From positions 31,094,430 through 31,158,429 of the forward strand of contig NC_090399.1 in NCBI RefSeq assembly GCF_036365525.1: a stretch of DNA of 64,000 bases, given 5' to 3'. This document shows, piece by piece, positions 35,945 through 48,390 of the stretch. A program made the position numbers and the translations under genes. The DNA is from Heterodontus francisci (lineage: Eukaryota). The notes beneath the pieces are model-generated. The model was not told the DNA's origin, made no database searches, and saw only the letters and a list, made by a program, of their open reading frames with translations. Positions within the stretch are counted from its first letter, which is position 1. Every line of letters starts with the position of its first letter.

Positions 35945-36168
35945 TTGTCCTATCTACACCTTCTCCTTTGTTATCACTTGCCCTACCCCCACTTTACTTG
36001 CTTAAAACCTTTCACATTTCTAATATTTGCCAATTCTGAAGAAGGGTCGCTGACCTGAAACGTTAACTCTGCCTTTCTCTCCACAGATGCTGCCAGACCT
36101 GCTGAGTATTTCCAGCATTTCTTGTTTTTATTTCAGATTTCCAGCATCCGCAGTATTTTGCTTTTATA
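35945..36168 (+). mobile_element. Solo Penelope terminal repeat with hammerhead motif
   Basis: Same repeat as the arms above. CTGAAGA at 36036-36042, GAAA at 36057-36060, then CGTTAACT. Confidence 0.85.
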
Positions 36169-36169
36169 T

Positions 36170-37970
36170 CAATATTGGGTGGGCCGTATAATGGGCAGCT
36201 GATGCCACATGACCTGTGTTACATCGCTACTGAAGATCAATGGAACCGTCACGGTGGGTGGGGATGAGGCTAAATTACATAACCCCCGAAAATGGGCTCG
36301 TGATGTGCAATTGCCCCACGCCCACTCAATGTGATGCAGGAAGTATGCCAACTTCCCATTCCCTGCTCATTACCATGCTTGTAGCTAGTGCGTACCATGT
36401 TATTGAAAAGACTGCAAACCTCAGCAGCGGGACCCAACTTGTGAGAATCTAGCAGGATTGAAAGCTTGCCTATACCTTTTGAAGGGGAGGGGCATTGAGG
36501 CTGGGGCAGTAGGTAGAAGTCATTGCACTATGACATGGAAAATACTGAATAATGCCGCAGCATGGGAAAAAGTATACTCCAACGGTTCCCGGATGCCGTG
36601 TTGAAGGCCTTGGTGGAGGAGATGCCTAGGAGGAGAGAAATGATGTATCCACAGCAGGCCAAGTATCCTGCACACAGCCTCTCAGATGGCAATGTGCCCA
36701 TTAGCTATGGCGATGAATACTATGGGTCCAGCCCTAAGGACATGGATGTAATTCTGAAAATAATACAATGACCTCATATGGGTGGTCGGGGTGACTGAAT
36801 TAATCTTCAAAGGCTATATCCTACCAACTGCACCATTCCGCTCAAACACTACTCAAAGCACCAAAATCACCTACCAACAATTTTTATCAGTCAGCACCCT
36901 AACTTAACATTTATAGCTGCACCTCACGCTCACAGAATTAACACTGCTGCATGCCTAACACCCACATCTCACAACTTGCACACACTGCCAGCAATTGAAC
37001 TATGACAGCTACATCACCGAAACAGATTGCACTACATTCACCAGAGGCAGCAGGAGCTAACTGGCGCAGGGCAGGCCTGCCGACATGACCGTACCACATT
37101 GAGGAGATAGTGGTTGCCATCATTCGAGTTGTCATTGTTGACATCGAAACCAGCCGTGGGGTTAAAGTCATAGGCAATGATAATATCATCAGACCTAACC
37201 CTCCCCCTCACATCCCATTTCCCCATCACCCCACAACCTCTTCTGATTTATAAGCTTCAGCTGATGTAAGCATGCAACTCTTGCTTTCCAACAACCTTAC
37301 TATTGTACCTTTCTCCATTCAGATACCTGAGAGCTGTCACCTTGCCAGACAGTGATGAAGAGCAACGCAATACCATCACTCAATTTCACACTCGCAGTCC
37401 TCAATTCAGACACTGACGCTGCATAGAATTAAAAGGATCGGATAATGTTGGTGTCTGCAATTGGTGCGATACCGCACATGAGTACGCTGCAGCCAGAACA
37501 GGGAACACATGTTTTGCAGGTGCCAACTCGCTGGAGGGTGAGGTCACACATGAGTTCTGCTGCAGAGGAAACAGGTGAGTTCTTTTATGGAGCAGGGTAC
37601 AGAAGAATGTTGATGGGTAAGCACAATTAAATTCTTGTTACTTTGGCAGGCCTGCCAGAAAGCCTGCATGCAATGCTAAGAGCATGGAGGAGCCTGGAAC
37701 AAACTTTGCACAGAGCTTGGAGCCAATCCTTTCCAGAATGAAATAGTGGCCAACTCTATTATCACACCAGTGCAACCAACCATGATGCATCCTCTGATAG
37801 TCAATGGCTCAGTGTCAAGCAGAAGCCACCAGGATACTGCAGTGGAAATTCATATTTCTGTCAAACAAGCTCAGACTAGTTCCATCGTGGCAGTGGACAT
37901 AAACGTTCAATGGGGCTTGTAGGGTGGCACAGCATTCCAACAAACTGTTCTCTAACAGATTACTAGGATT
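36170..37970 (+). mobile_element. Decayed PIF/Harbinger-type element (Myb/SANT-like ORF remnant)
   Basis: RFPDAVLKALVEEM.RRRE.MYP, then in a shifted frame LA.AMN.....RTW....K.YNDL, matching the Harbinger Myb/SANT pattern. Boundaries approximate. Confidence 0.6.
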
Positions 37971-38224
37971 GCTCAAACTCGGGAAGGATTGAGGGCAACG
38001 TGGTGGCGGAGGGACCGATGGCTCCCTGGAGCATGAACCTTGTAACACCCGAAATGGTGTGCTGTGAGACCGAAGGTTGCACCCGGTGGTAAGGGGAGAG
38101 GAGAAAATTGGACTCTACCGGAATGCAAAATAGGCAGGTTGTGTCTTTCGATAGCCGATGTGCATTGCCATAAATCAGAAGTTAATTTTGAAAGCCGGTC
38201 CTTCACAACCATTCCTGCACAGTT

Positions 38225-39410
38225 TTTATTTCTTCACGGAATGTGGGCGCCGCTGGCTATGCCAGCATTTATTGCCCATTCATAATTGCCCTTGAGAAGG
38301 TGCTGGTGAGCTGTCTTCTTCAACCACTGAGGTATGTACACCTACTGTGCTGTTAGAAAGGGAGATCCAGGATTTTGACCCAGTGGCAGTGAAGGAGCGG
38401 TAATATAGTTCCAGGTCAGGATGGTGTATGACTTGGAGGAAACCCGCAGGTGGTGTTGTCCCCATGCACCTGCTGCTGCTGTCCTTTCAGGTGGCAGATG
38501 TTTGGAAGGTGCTGTTGAAGAAGCCTTGGTGCAGTGCTGCAGTGCATCTTGCAGATGGTACACACTGCTGCCTCTGTGCATTGACGGTGGAGGGAGTGAA
38601 TGTTTGTGGATGGATGGCGATCGAGCAGGCTGAATTGTCCTGGATGGTATCTAATTCCTGGAGCATTTTTGGTGCTGCAGCCATCGAGACAAGTGGAGGC
38701 TATTCCATCACGCATCTAACTTGTGCCTTGTAGATGGTGGACAGGCATTGGGGAGACAGGAGGTGAGTTACATACTGCCGAATTCTCAATCTCTGACCTG
38801 CTCTTCTAGGCAGAACATTTTGGTGACTGGTCCAGTTCAGTTTCTGGAATATGGTGACCTCAGGATATTGATAGTGGGGAATTCAGCGATGATAATGCCA
38901 TTGAACTTCAGGGGGAGATGGTTAGCTTCTCTCTTGTTTGAGATAATAGCTGTCTGGCATTTGTGTGGTGCGAATGTTACTTGCCACTTATTATCCCAAG
39001 CCTTGATGTTATCCAGGTCTGTTGTATATAGACATGGACAGCTTCAGTATCTGATGAGTCATTAATGGTGCTGAACATTGTGCGATCATCAGCGAACATC
39101 CCCACTTCTGACTTTATGATGTAGGGAATGTCATTGATAAAACACCTGAAGATGGTTGGGCCTAGGACACGACCCTAAGGAACACCTGCAGTGATGCCCC
39201 GGGAATGAGATGATTTACCCTCAACAACCACAACTATATTCCTTTCTGAAACATATGACTTAAACCATTAGAGAGTTTTCTCCCTGATTCCTATTGACTC
39301 CAGTTTTGCTAATGCTCCTTGATGCCATACTTGGTCAAATGCTGCCTTGATGTCAAGGGCAGTCACCACACCTCACCTCTGGAGTTCAGCTCTTTTGTCC
39401 ATGTTTGAAC
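38225..39410 (-). mobile_element. CR1/L2-group LINE (second family), 3' part
   Basis: NIHSLHRQCT.AAVCTICKMHCS..PRLLQQHL. RT remnants up to ALDIKAAF near 39340-39365. Shared tail. Confidence 0.85.
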
Positions 39411-41655
39411 CATGCACGCAATATTCTAAGTGTGGCCTAACTAAAGTTCTGCAAAGCTGCAACATGACTTGCCAATATTTATACTCTATGCCCCGACCGA
39501 TGAAGGCAAGCATGCCGTATGCCTTCTTGACTGCCTTATCCACCTGCCTTGCCACTTTCAGTGACCTGTGGACCTGTACACCCAGATCTCTCTGCCTGTC
39601 AATACTCCTAAGGGTTCTGCCATTTACTGTATACCTCCCACCTGCATTAGACCTTCCAAAATGCATTACCTCACATTTGTCCGAATTAAACTCCATCTGC
39701 CATTTCTCTGCCCAAGCCTCCAACCGATCTATATCCTGCTGTATCCTCTGACAATCCTCAACATTTTCCGCAACTCCACCAACCATTGTGTCATCCACAA
39801 ACGTCCTAATCAGACCAGCTACATTTTCCTCCAAATAATTTATATATACTACAAACAGCAAAGGTCCCAGCACTGATCCCTGCGGAACACCACTCGTCAC
39901 ATCCCTCCATTCAGAAAAGCACCCTTCCACTGTTACCCTCTGTCTTCTGTGACCGAGCGAGTTCTGTATCCATCTTGCCAGCTCACCTCTGATCCCGTGT
40001 GACTTCACCTTTTGCACCAGTCTGCTATGCGGGACCTTGTCAAAGGCTTTACTAAAGTCCATATAGACAACATCCACCGCCCTTCCCTCATCGATCATCT
40101 TCGTCATTTCCTTAAAAAACTCAATCAAATTAGTAAGACACGACCTCCCCTTCACAAAACCATGCTTGCTCTCGCTAATAAGTTCGTTTGTTTCCAAATG
40201 GGAGTAAATCCTGTTCCGAAGAATCCTCTCTAATAGTTTCCCTACCACTGATGTAAGGCTCACCGGCCTATAATTTCCTGGATTATCCTTGCCACCCTTC
40301 TTAAACAAAGGAACAACATTGGCGATTCTCCAGTCCTCTGGGGCCTCACCTGTAGCCAATGAGGATGCAAAGATGTCTGTCAAGGCCCCAGCAATTTCTT
40401 CCCTTGCCTCCCTCAGTATTCTGGGGTAGATCCCATCAGGCCCTGGGGACATATCTACCTTAATGCTTCGCAAGACACCCAACACCTCCTCCTTTTTTAT
40501 AATGATATGACTGAGAATATCTGCACTCCCTTCCCTAGACTCATCATCCACCAAGTCCTTCTCCTTGGTGAATACTGATGCAAAGTACTCATTTAGCACC
40601 TCACCCATTTCCTCTGGCTCCACTCTCCCATCTCTGTCCTTGAGTGGGCCTACCCTTTCCCTGGTTACCCTCTTGCTCTTTGTAGTATATATAAATGATT
40701 TGGAAGAAAATGTAGCTGGTCTGATTAGTAAGTTTGTGGATGACACAAACGTTGGTGGAGTTGCGGACAGTGATGAGGATTGTCAGAGGATACAGCAGGA
40801 TATGGATCTGTTGGAGACTTGGGCAGTGAAATGGCAGATGGAGTTTAATTCGGACAATTGTGAGGTAATTCATTTTGGAAGGTCTAATGCAGGTGGGAAG
40901 TATAAAGTAAATGGCAGAACCCTTAGGAGTATTGACAGGCGGAGAGATCTGGGCGTACAGGTTCACAGGTCACTGAAAGTGGCAAGGCAGGTGGATAAGG
41001 TAGTCAAGAAGGCATACGGCATGCTTGCCTTCATCGGTCGGGGCACAGACCATAAAAATAGGCAAGTTATGTTGCAGCTGTAAAGAACTTTAGTTAGGCC
41101 ACACTTAGAATATTGCGTGCAATTCTGGTCGCCACACTATCAGAAGGAGGTGGAGGCTTTGGAGAGGGTACAGAAGAGGTTTACCAGGATGTTGCCTGGT
41201 CTGGAGGGCATTAGCTATGAGGAGAGGTTGGATAAACTCGGATTGTTCTCACTGGAACGACGGAGATGGAGGGGCGACATGATAGAGGTTTACAAAGTTA
41301 TGAGTGGCATGGACAGAGTGGATAGTCAGAAGCTTTTTCCCAGCCTGGAAGAGTAAGTTACTGGGGGACATAGGTTTAAGGTGAGAGGGGCAAAGTTTAG
41401 AGGGGATGTGCGAGGCAAGTTCTTTACACAGAGGGTGGTGAGTGCCTGGAACTTGTTGCCGGGGGAGGTGATGGACGCAGGTACCATAGAGACGTTATGA
41501 GGCATCTTGACAAATACATGAATAGGATGAGAATAGAGGGATTTGGACCCCGGAAGTGCAGAAGATTTTAGTTTAGGCAGGCATCAAGATCGGCGCAGGC
41601 TTGGAGAACCGAATGGCCTGTTCCTGTGCTGTACTGTTCTTTGTCCTTTGTTCTT
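39411..41655. mobile_element. CR1 LINE with inverted 5' segment (minus about 40672-39411; plus about 40673-41655)
   Basis: The minus ORF has RT from KRVTRERVGPL to RPHLEYCV. The plus part restarts at LLFVVYINDLEE and runs to the (TGTTCTT)n-like tail. Confidence 0.9.
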
Positions 41656-43719
41656 TTTGAATGGTCAGCAAGGAGCTTGTCAATGCAATGTGCTTGGTTG
41701 TGGTTTTGGATGGCTTAGCACACAGCAACAAACATGCACACACTTGAATGCAAATAAATCTTGCTCTTGCTCTCGCCTATTCGGACTTGGGTGACTAGGA
41801 TTGAGACAGAGTTTGCACTTCTCATTGGGTAAACAAAACCTGCTGGAATGGAGTGCTCTAGTTTGGATTGTAGATGATTCATTTTGATGATTGACATCTA
41901 CATGTCAGACATTCGTCTGACCAAAAGACAGTACGAAAAACAAATTACGCCTCCCTCAGCTCTGTCTACCTCTTACAATCTATAGTCTCGTAGAGCCCAA
42001 GTTGTGGATCATCTAACGTGACATATTGATTTATTTTTATAGTCGCAGCTGTTATTTGAACTTTGAAAATTTCCATTATTACGTTTTTTGGCCCTTAGTT
42101 TGCGTCAATTTTTTAAAAAGTAAAGTCTATCATTGTAACAGGATGGTATATTTAGTGATCTTAGTCAACAAAATGCTAGGTAAAACCTATATGTTCGCGG
42201 CTTCCTGAATACTTCGCACGGACAGGAAAAAGAAGGCAGTACTGAGGGAATATTGCTAGCCGATTTGTGATGTATTGAAAGGATTGCTTTTATTTCCACG
42301 GGGAAACTGCTAGGGTTTAATTAAATCCATATTCTCCTGCTCCAGTAACCCCAGGTGGACTGTTTACTTCCACCAACTAGTTCCAGGTATTGTGGGTGAG
42401 GAAATCAGAACTATCTTTACACTAACATAGTATGAAACATCCGCATGCGTTATACGCTCAAATATCTCAAATATAAGCTATAGTATATTAAGGGCAGTTC
42501 GTTGTTTAACCATGCCTGCTATGTCATAGATACATGTGAGGAGGCTGGGGGGGCAGCATTTTTCGATTGTTTAGCGCCAGTTACGAGGCTTTCACCTCGA
42601 TTTCCCACTCATTAGTCAGAAAATAGGAGGCAGTACACCAATCTGTTCCTGCAAAGCTGCTTCTCCCTGCGTGCGAAGCTCGCCCACACAATCACACTCC
42701 ATGTCTGCACCGCATTGCCGCGTGATTACTTCTTCATTATGAGGACGCTACCGGTTGCTCATTCTCCTCCACACTATTTGAGCTCGATATGGAAAAATGT
42801 CGACAGTATGTAAAGGTCACCAATAGCGAGGCATGAGAATACCTTCAACCACCTGACCGGTAACTGAAATCAAATTTAACGCCCGTTTTAGTTACCCGGC
42901 TCTGCTTTCACATCCTTTTTAAAGTTTGGAATTATATCAGGATCCTCCCGATTTTAGGGAACAGTTCTCAACTCCATTAAAGTTGTTGGCAAAGAGCTCG
43001 CCTAGCAGCTGTCCCCGTTTCTTAAAGGAACACTGGGAGGATTTCATCTCGGCGGGAAACTGATCTATTTTAAGTCTTATTACTCTGTCTATGCTATCCG
43101 CATTTATGCTAATAATAACAATTTCACTGTAAGCAATAATTGCTGTTAGTTGAGCGTTGTTTTCAAGTGTGAAGATTGATGCAAAGTATTTGGGTAATAC
43201 CTCTTCCACACCCCTCGAAGCCCCCCTGATCTGTCATAAAAGTTATTTTAATTGTCCAGTGCCGTCTTTATGGTCGTGAGACTACTTAAGTAACTTTAAA
43301 AAGTTTTAATATTATTACTACAATTGCCAATCAACCTCTTTTTAATTAGAATTCTAGCTGATCTGATAGCACCCTCAGGTTGCCATAATTGTGCATGGTT
43401 CTTCCTTGGATCTAAAAAATAAGTCCGTTTCTCAATTTCCGAACTTAGATTGAATGATTTAAAATTCGTCTCCAATCATATTTAGCCAGCAGAGGGAGTT
43501 CCGAAGAAGGGTCACTTACCCGAAACATTAACTCTGCTTCTCTTTCCACAGATGCCGCTAGCCCTGCTGAGTGATTCCAGCATTTCGAGTTTTTCTATAT
43601 GATCTCTTAGTTTCAGTGATATCAAGTCCCTTGCTTTATTCAGTGATTTGGAAAAGAAACCTATGTACCTTTTTTGTGCTGATGTTACTTTTTAATGTGA
43701 GTATGTTGTTCTTCTACAG

Positions 43720-43743
43720 GCACACTGGCCGTTCTCTGCCCAG
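43720..43743 (+). other. Candidate 24-nt micro-exon
   Basis: ttgttcttctacag acceptor and CAG/gtatgt donor. Phase-1 reading (G)TLAVLCP. Confidence 0.35.
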
Positions 43744-44496
43744 GTATGTGCAACTGACTGATGTAATATTCTTAAGTACCTGCACGTTCATCAACTCTAG
43801 AGAATGGAGGCTGCTTGCATTTTTATACATAATTTGTTCTTAGCGTTTTAACAGATATGTCTCTGTTTAATTCCATCGTACCACCTCATGTCAAATTGTT
43901 GCAACGTTTCTTCTGCAAATTAGGCTTTAAAATAACGTGTGTGGACATGGCGTGTTCTGCAGTTTCTCCAAATGTAACTAGCTCCTTAATGAGCCATTAT
44001 GAAGGAGAATGAACCTTGCGCTGTTATTGAAGAAACGTGATGAATTTCAGATGAAAATGCTGAATAAAATGGAGACATTTATCCTGAACAGATTACTCAA
44101 AATGTTTAACTTCTCAGTCACCAACTCGAACTAACTTCTGAAGAGATGTGCAGATTTAAACAAATTGTTTCTTTAGGACTTGCTCACAACCAGCACACAA
44201 TTCCAAGGTTATGTGCATCAATCTCTCGTATAGGCGGTAGTTGAACCGAGCGAGTGGCGTAATGGTATCTTCCTAACTTTGAGTTTAAGGTGCCGGATTC
44301 AAATCCAACTTCAGCCAGTGACGCTGAGTGGCGATCTGAATTCTGGGATGACAGTGTATGTTTGCAGATTAATCAATTTTCCAAATCCACTGAAATATTT
44401 TTACTATTTTTATTTGCATGTGAACAGCAGTGCTTTTAACAATCTACTAAACATTTAATTACTTATGTATTGAGTTGTACTGGGTTTTGCTTTCAG

Positions 44497-44531
44497 AGGT
44501 CAGTACTTCCAGCGTCGCTGGAAAGGTCTAA
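44497..44531 (+). other. Candidate short terminal coding exon
   Basis: ttttgctttcag acceptor; phase-1 (E)VSTSSVAGKV*, phase-compatible with the 24-nt exon. Confidence 0.25.
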
Positions 44532-44995
44532 ACTGTTAACGCCGCCGACATAAATTTTCACCAAACGTTGTCAAGCAACAAATCCTCCGTCCGAAGGTTC
44601 TCCTCTAGGGCATTAATGATTGGATGGAATTTCCTCAAACCCAGCACACAACTTTCAGAAAATCATGTCTCAAATAAGCTTGATAATTAAAACATTTTGT
44701 TTTTTTAACATAAAACCAGCTACATATCAGATAAAAACCTTCACATATGTAACTATCTTTTAGTTAACTCACAATTGTTTTTTTTTTATATAGTGTGGTG
44801 CTGGCCCATGAACCAGGAATGTCCCAGTTTGGGTTCCAGTCCCTGTTGAGTTAAATGTTCAAGAGTAGCCATTGAAATGGGAAGTGGATCATAATTATAC
44901 AATGCAGCAATTTAATTTTTATTTGCTATTCATATTGATCTTTGATTACTTCTTGTTTATGAATATGTGTGAGTCGGGTGGCTTCTCCATCTTAC

Positions 44996-45079
44996 CTTGA
45001 GCAGGGCTTTGAGTGTTCAACGGTGGAGGCGTAACCGGGAAGTTAGTGAGACTTCTCTGCCATGAGGACATGTTATGAC
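44996..45079 (-). other. Candidate Pro/Ser/Thr-rich stalk exon
   Basis: 84 nt, phase 1 to 1, open: (G)HNMSSWQRSLTNFPVTPPPLNTQSPAQ-G. Strong AAG/gtaaga donor, weak acceptor ttaattag. Confidence 0.3.
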
Positions 45080-45993
45080 CTAATTAAGTTATCATGCCCA
45101 ACTTCTGCATTCTGAAAGGCATTTGTTCTAATGAAATGGCAATCGTCACGCATTTCCACCTTCACTGTTACCCTTTTGGCTTAAGCCTGAACTTTAAATT
45201 AATGTGTTGGATTAAGCAATAGCTTTCGGTGAACCCGCCCGTTGGGAAACTGCCAAGTTTGACATCCCGTCCGATTTTGCTGTCCACTGAAGGCATTGGA
45301 GAGCAATATTGGGCGAAGTGTAATATTGGTGCTCCACCCAGTCTCGTGGACTTTTCGCGCCGCGAGTTAGGTTGAAATTACCCAGTTAAAAGTGGTTTGG
45401 CAGTTTCAAGAAATTGGACGATCTGGGGCGATGCATTCCATTCTGATTTTTAAAAAAATCATGGGCCTTACTGGCTGATGCATTGAATTACCATATTCTC
45501 TTCTCCGCTTTGGGAGGTAGGGTAAAAACCCAGCACATTCCTATAAAAGACTAAACTTGTAAAAATAAACGCCACAACATTTATATGTAACAAATCACAC
45601 ACTGATTTTCACAGCTCACGTAGAGTGGATGTGCAAACGGCTGTTAAAATAAGATTTTTAAAAATAAATTATTATCTGATGCCTCGGGATTTCCCATAGT
45701 CTCCACTTTACAGTCGCTTCATTGACTGTGAAGCACTTTGTGACGTCCTGAGGTCGTGATGGCAGCTGTACAAAGGCAAGCTGTTTGTTTTACAAAAGGA
45801 CATTAAAAAAGAAATAAAATGTAACTGCGCCACATGGGGTGACATCACACCAGATTGGCTGCTGCGTTCAAACCCGAAAACTGGCTCCAAGACAGATCTT
45901 CGCTGACACATTCGCTCAGCAGCCCAGTGCACTGGTCTGAATCTATTCCGATTACCTGCGTAAATTATGAAAATCAACAGTGTAATATATTCA

Positions 45994-48390
45994 TATAATA
46001 AAAGCAAAATACTGCGGATGCTGGAAATCTGAAATAAAAACAAGAAATGCTGGAATCACTCAGCAGGTCTGGAAGCATCTGTGGAAAGAGAAGCAGAGTT
46101 AACGTTTCGGGTCAGTGACCCTTCATTGGAACTGACATATATTAGAAAAGTGACAGATTATAAGCAAGTGAGGTGGGGGTGGGGCAAGAGATAACAAAGG
46201 AGAAGGTGTAGATTGGACCATGCCACATAGCTGACCAAAAGGTCACGGAGCAAAGGCAAACAATATGTTAATGGTGTGTTGAAAGACAAAGCATTAGCAC
46301 AGATTAGGTGTAAATACACTGAATATTGAACAGCAGCAAGTGCGAACCTGAAATAAAACAGTGGGTAAGCAAACTGAACAAACTAAGATGAAATGAAATA
46401 AATGCAAAAAAAAGATTGTAAAAAATGTAAAAAAGAATGTAAAAACAAGGAAGAAAAAATAACTAAAAATGAAAGTAAAATGGGGGTGCTGTCATGCTCT
46501 GAAATTATTGAACTCAATGTTCAGTCCGGCGGGCTGTAGTGTGCCTAATTGGTAGATGAGATGCTGTTCCTCGAGCTTGCGTTGATGTTCACTGGAACAC
46601 TGCAGCAATCCCAGGACAAAGATGAAAGGAGTGTTTGGGGCCTGGGATAGTGAGGAGAGAGGAGGTAAATGGGCAGGTATTACACCTCCTGCGATTGCAG
46701 GGGAAGGTGCCCTGGGACAGGGACGAGGTGGTGGGGGTAATGGAGGAGTGGACCAGGGTGTCACAGAGGGAATGATCCCTTTGGAATGCTGACAGAGGAA
46801 GGGAGGGGAAGATGCGACTGGTAGTGGCATCACGCTGGTGGTGGCGAAAATGGCGGAGGATGATCCTTTGGATATGGAGGCTGGTGGGATGAAAAGTGAG
46901 GACAAGGGGAACCCTGTCACGGTTCTGGGAGGGAGGGGAAGGGGTACGGGTAGAGGTGCGGGGAACGGGTCAGACACGGTTGAGGGCCCTGTCAACCACA
47001 GTGGGGGGAAATCCTCGGTTGAGGAAAAAGGAGGTCATATCAGAAGCACCGTCATGGAAGGTAGCATCATCAGATCAGATGCATCAGAGACGGAGAAACT
47101 GGGAGAATGGAATGAAGTCCTTACAGGAGGTAGGGTGTGAAGAAGTGTAGTCGAGGTAGCTGTGGGAGTCGGTGGGCTTATAATGGATGTTTGTAGAAAA
47201 CCTATCGCCAGAGATGGAGACAGTGAAGTCGAGGAAGGGAAGGGAAGTGTCAGAGATGGACCATGTAAAGGTGAGAGAAGGGTGGAAATTGGAAGCAAAG
47301 TTGATATAGTTTTCTAGTTCAGGGCAGGAGCAGGAAACGGCACCGATACAGTCATCAATGTATCGGAAAAAGAGTTGGGGGAGGGTGTCTGAATAGGACT
47401 GGAACAAAGAATGCTCGACATATCCCACAAAAAGACAGGCATAACTAGGACCCATGCGGGTACCCATAGCGACATCTTTTACTTGAAGGAAGTGCGTGGA
47501 GTTGAAGGAGAAGTTGTTCAATGTGAGAACAAGTTCAGCCAGGCGGAGGAGGGTGATGGTGGATGGGGACTGGTTGGGCCTCTGTTCCAGGAAGAAGCGG
47601 AGCGCCCTCAAACTATCCTGGTGGGGGAATGGAGGTGTAGAGTGATTGGACGTCCATAGTGAAGAGGAGGCGGTTGGGACTAGGAAACTGGAAATTGTCA
47701 AAATGCCGTAGGGCATCAGAAGAGTCATGGATGTAGGTGGGAAGAGACTGGACCAGCGGAGAAAAGATAGAGTCTAGGTAGGAAGAAATAAGTTCAGTAG
47801 GGCAGGAGCAGGCTGACACAATGGGTCTGCCGGGACAGTCCCGTTTGTGGATTTTGGGAAGGAGGTAGAAGCGGGCTGTCCAGGGTTGCGGGACTATGAG
47901 GTTGGAAGCTGTAGAGGGAAGATCTCCAGAGGAGATGAGGTCAGTGACATTCCTTTGGATGGTGGCTTGATGTTTAGTGGTGGGGTCATGGTCCAGAGGG
48001 AGGTAGGAAGAGGTGTCTGTGAGTTGGCGTTGAGCTTCTGCAAGGTAGAGGTCGGTACGCCATACAACAACAGTACCACCCTTGTCTGCAGGTTTGATGA
48101 CCATGTCGGGGTTAGACCTGAGAGAACGGAGTGCCTCAAGTTCAGAGGGTGACAGGTTAGAGTGAGTGAGGGGGGCAGAGAAATTGAGACGACCAATGTC
48201 TCGGCGACAGTTTTCAATGAAGAGATCAAGAGCGGGTAAGAGGCCAGGGTGAGGGGTCCAGGTAGAGGGAGAATGCTGGAGGCGGGTGAATGGGTCTGCT
48301 GGTCGTGGGAGAAGGGTCACTGACCCGAAACGTTAACTCTGCTACTCTTTCCACAGATGCTGCCAGACCTGCTGAGTGATTCCAGCATTT
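45994..48390 (-). mobile_element. Penelope-like element (Neptune-type): RT, Cys linker, partly deleted GIY-YIG endonuclease, inverted partial terminal repeat at the 5' end
   Basis: IKPADKGG.VVVW, FYLLPKIHK...GRPIVS, MDVQSLYTSIP, AMGTRMGPSYACLF, FRYIDD, PCNRRRCNTCP. Perfect 15-bp TSD agtgtaatatattca (45979-45993 / 48391-48405). Inverted repeat at about 48310-48390. Confidence 0.95.
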
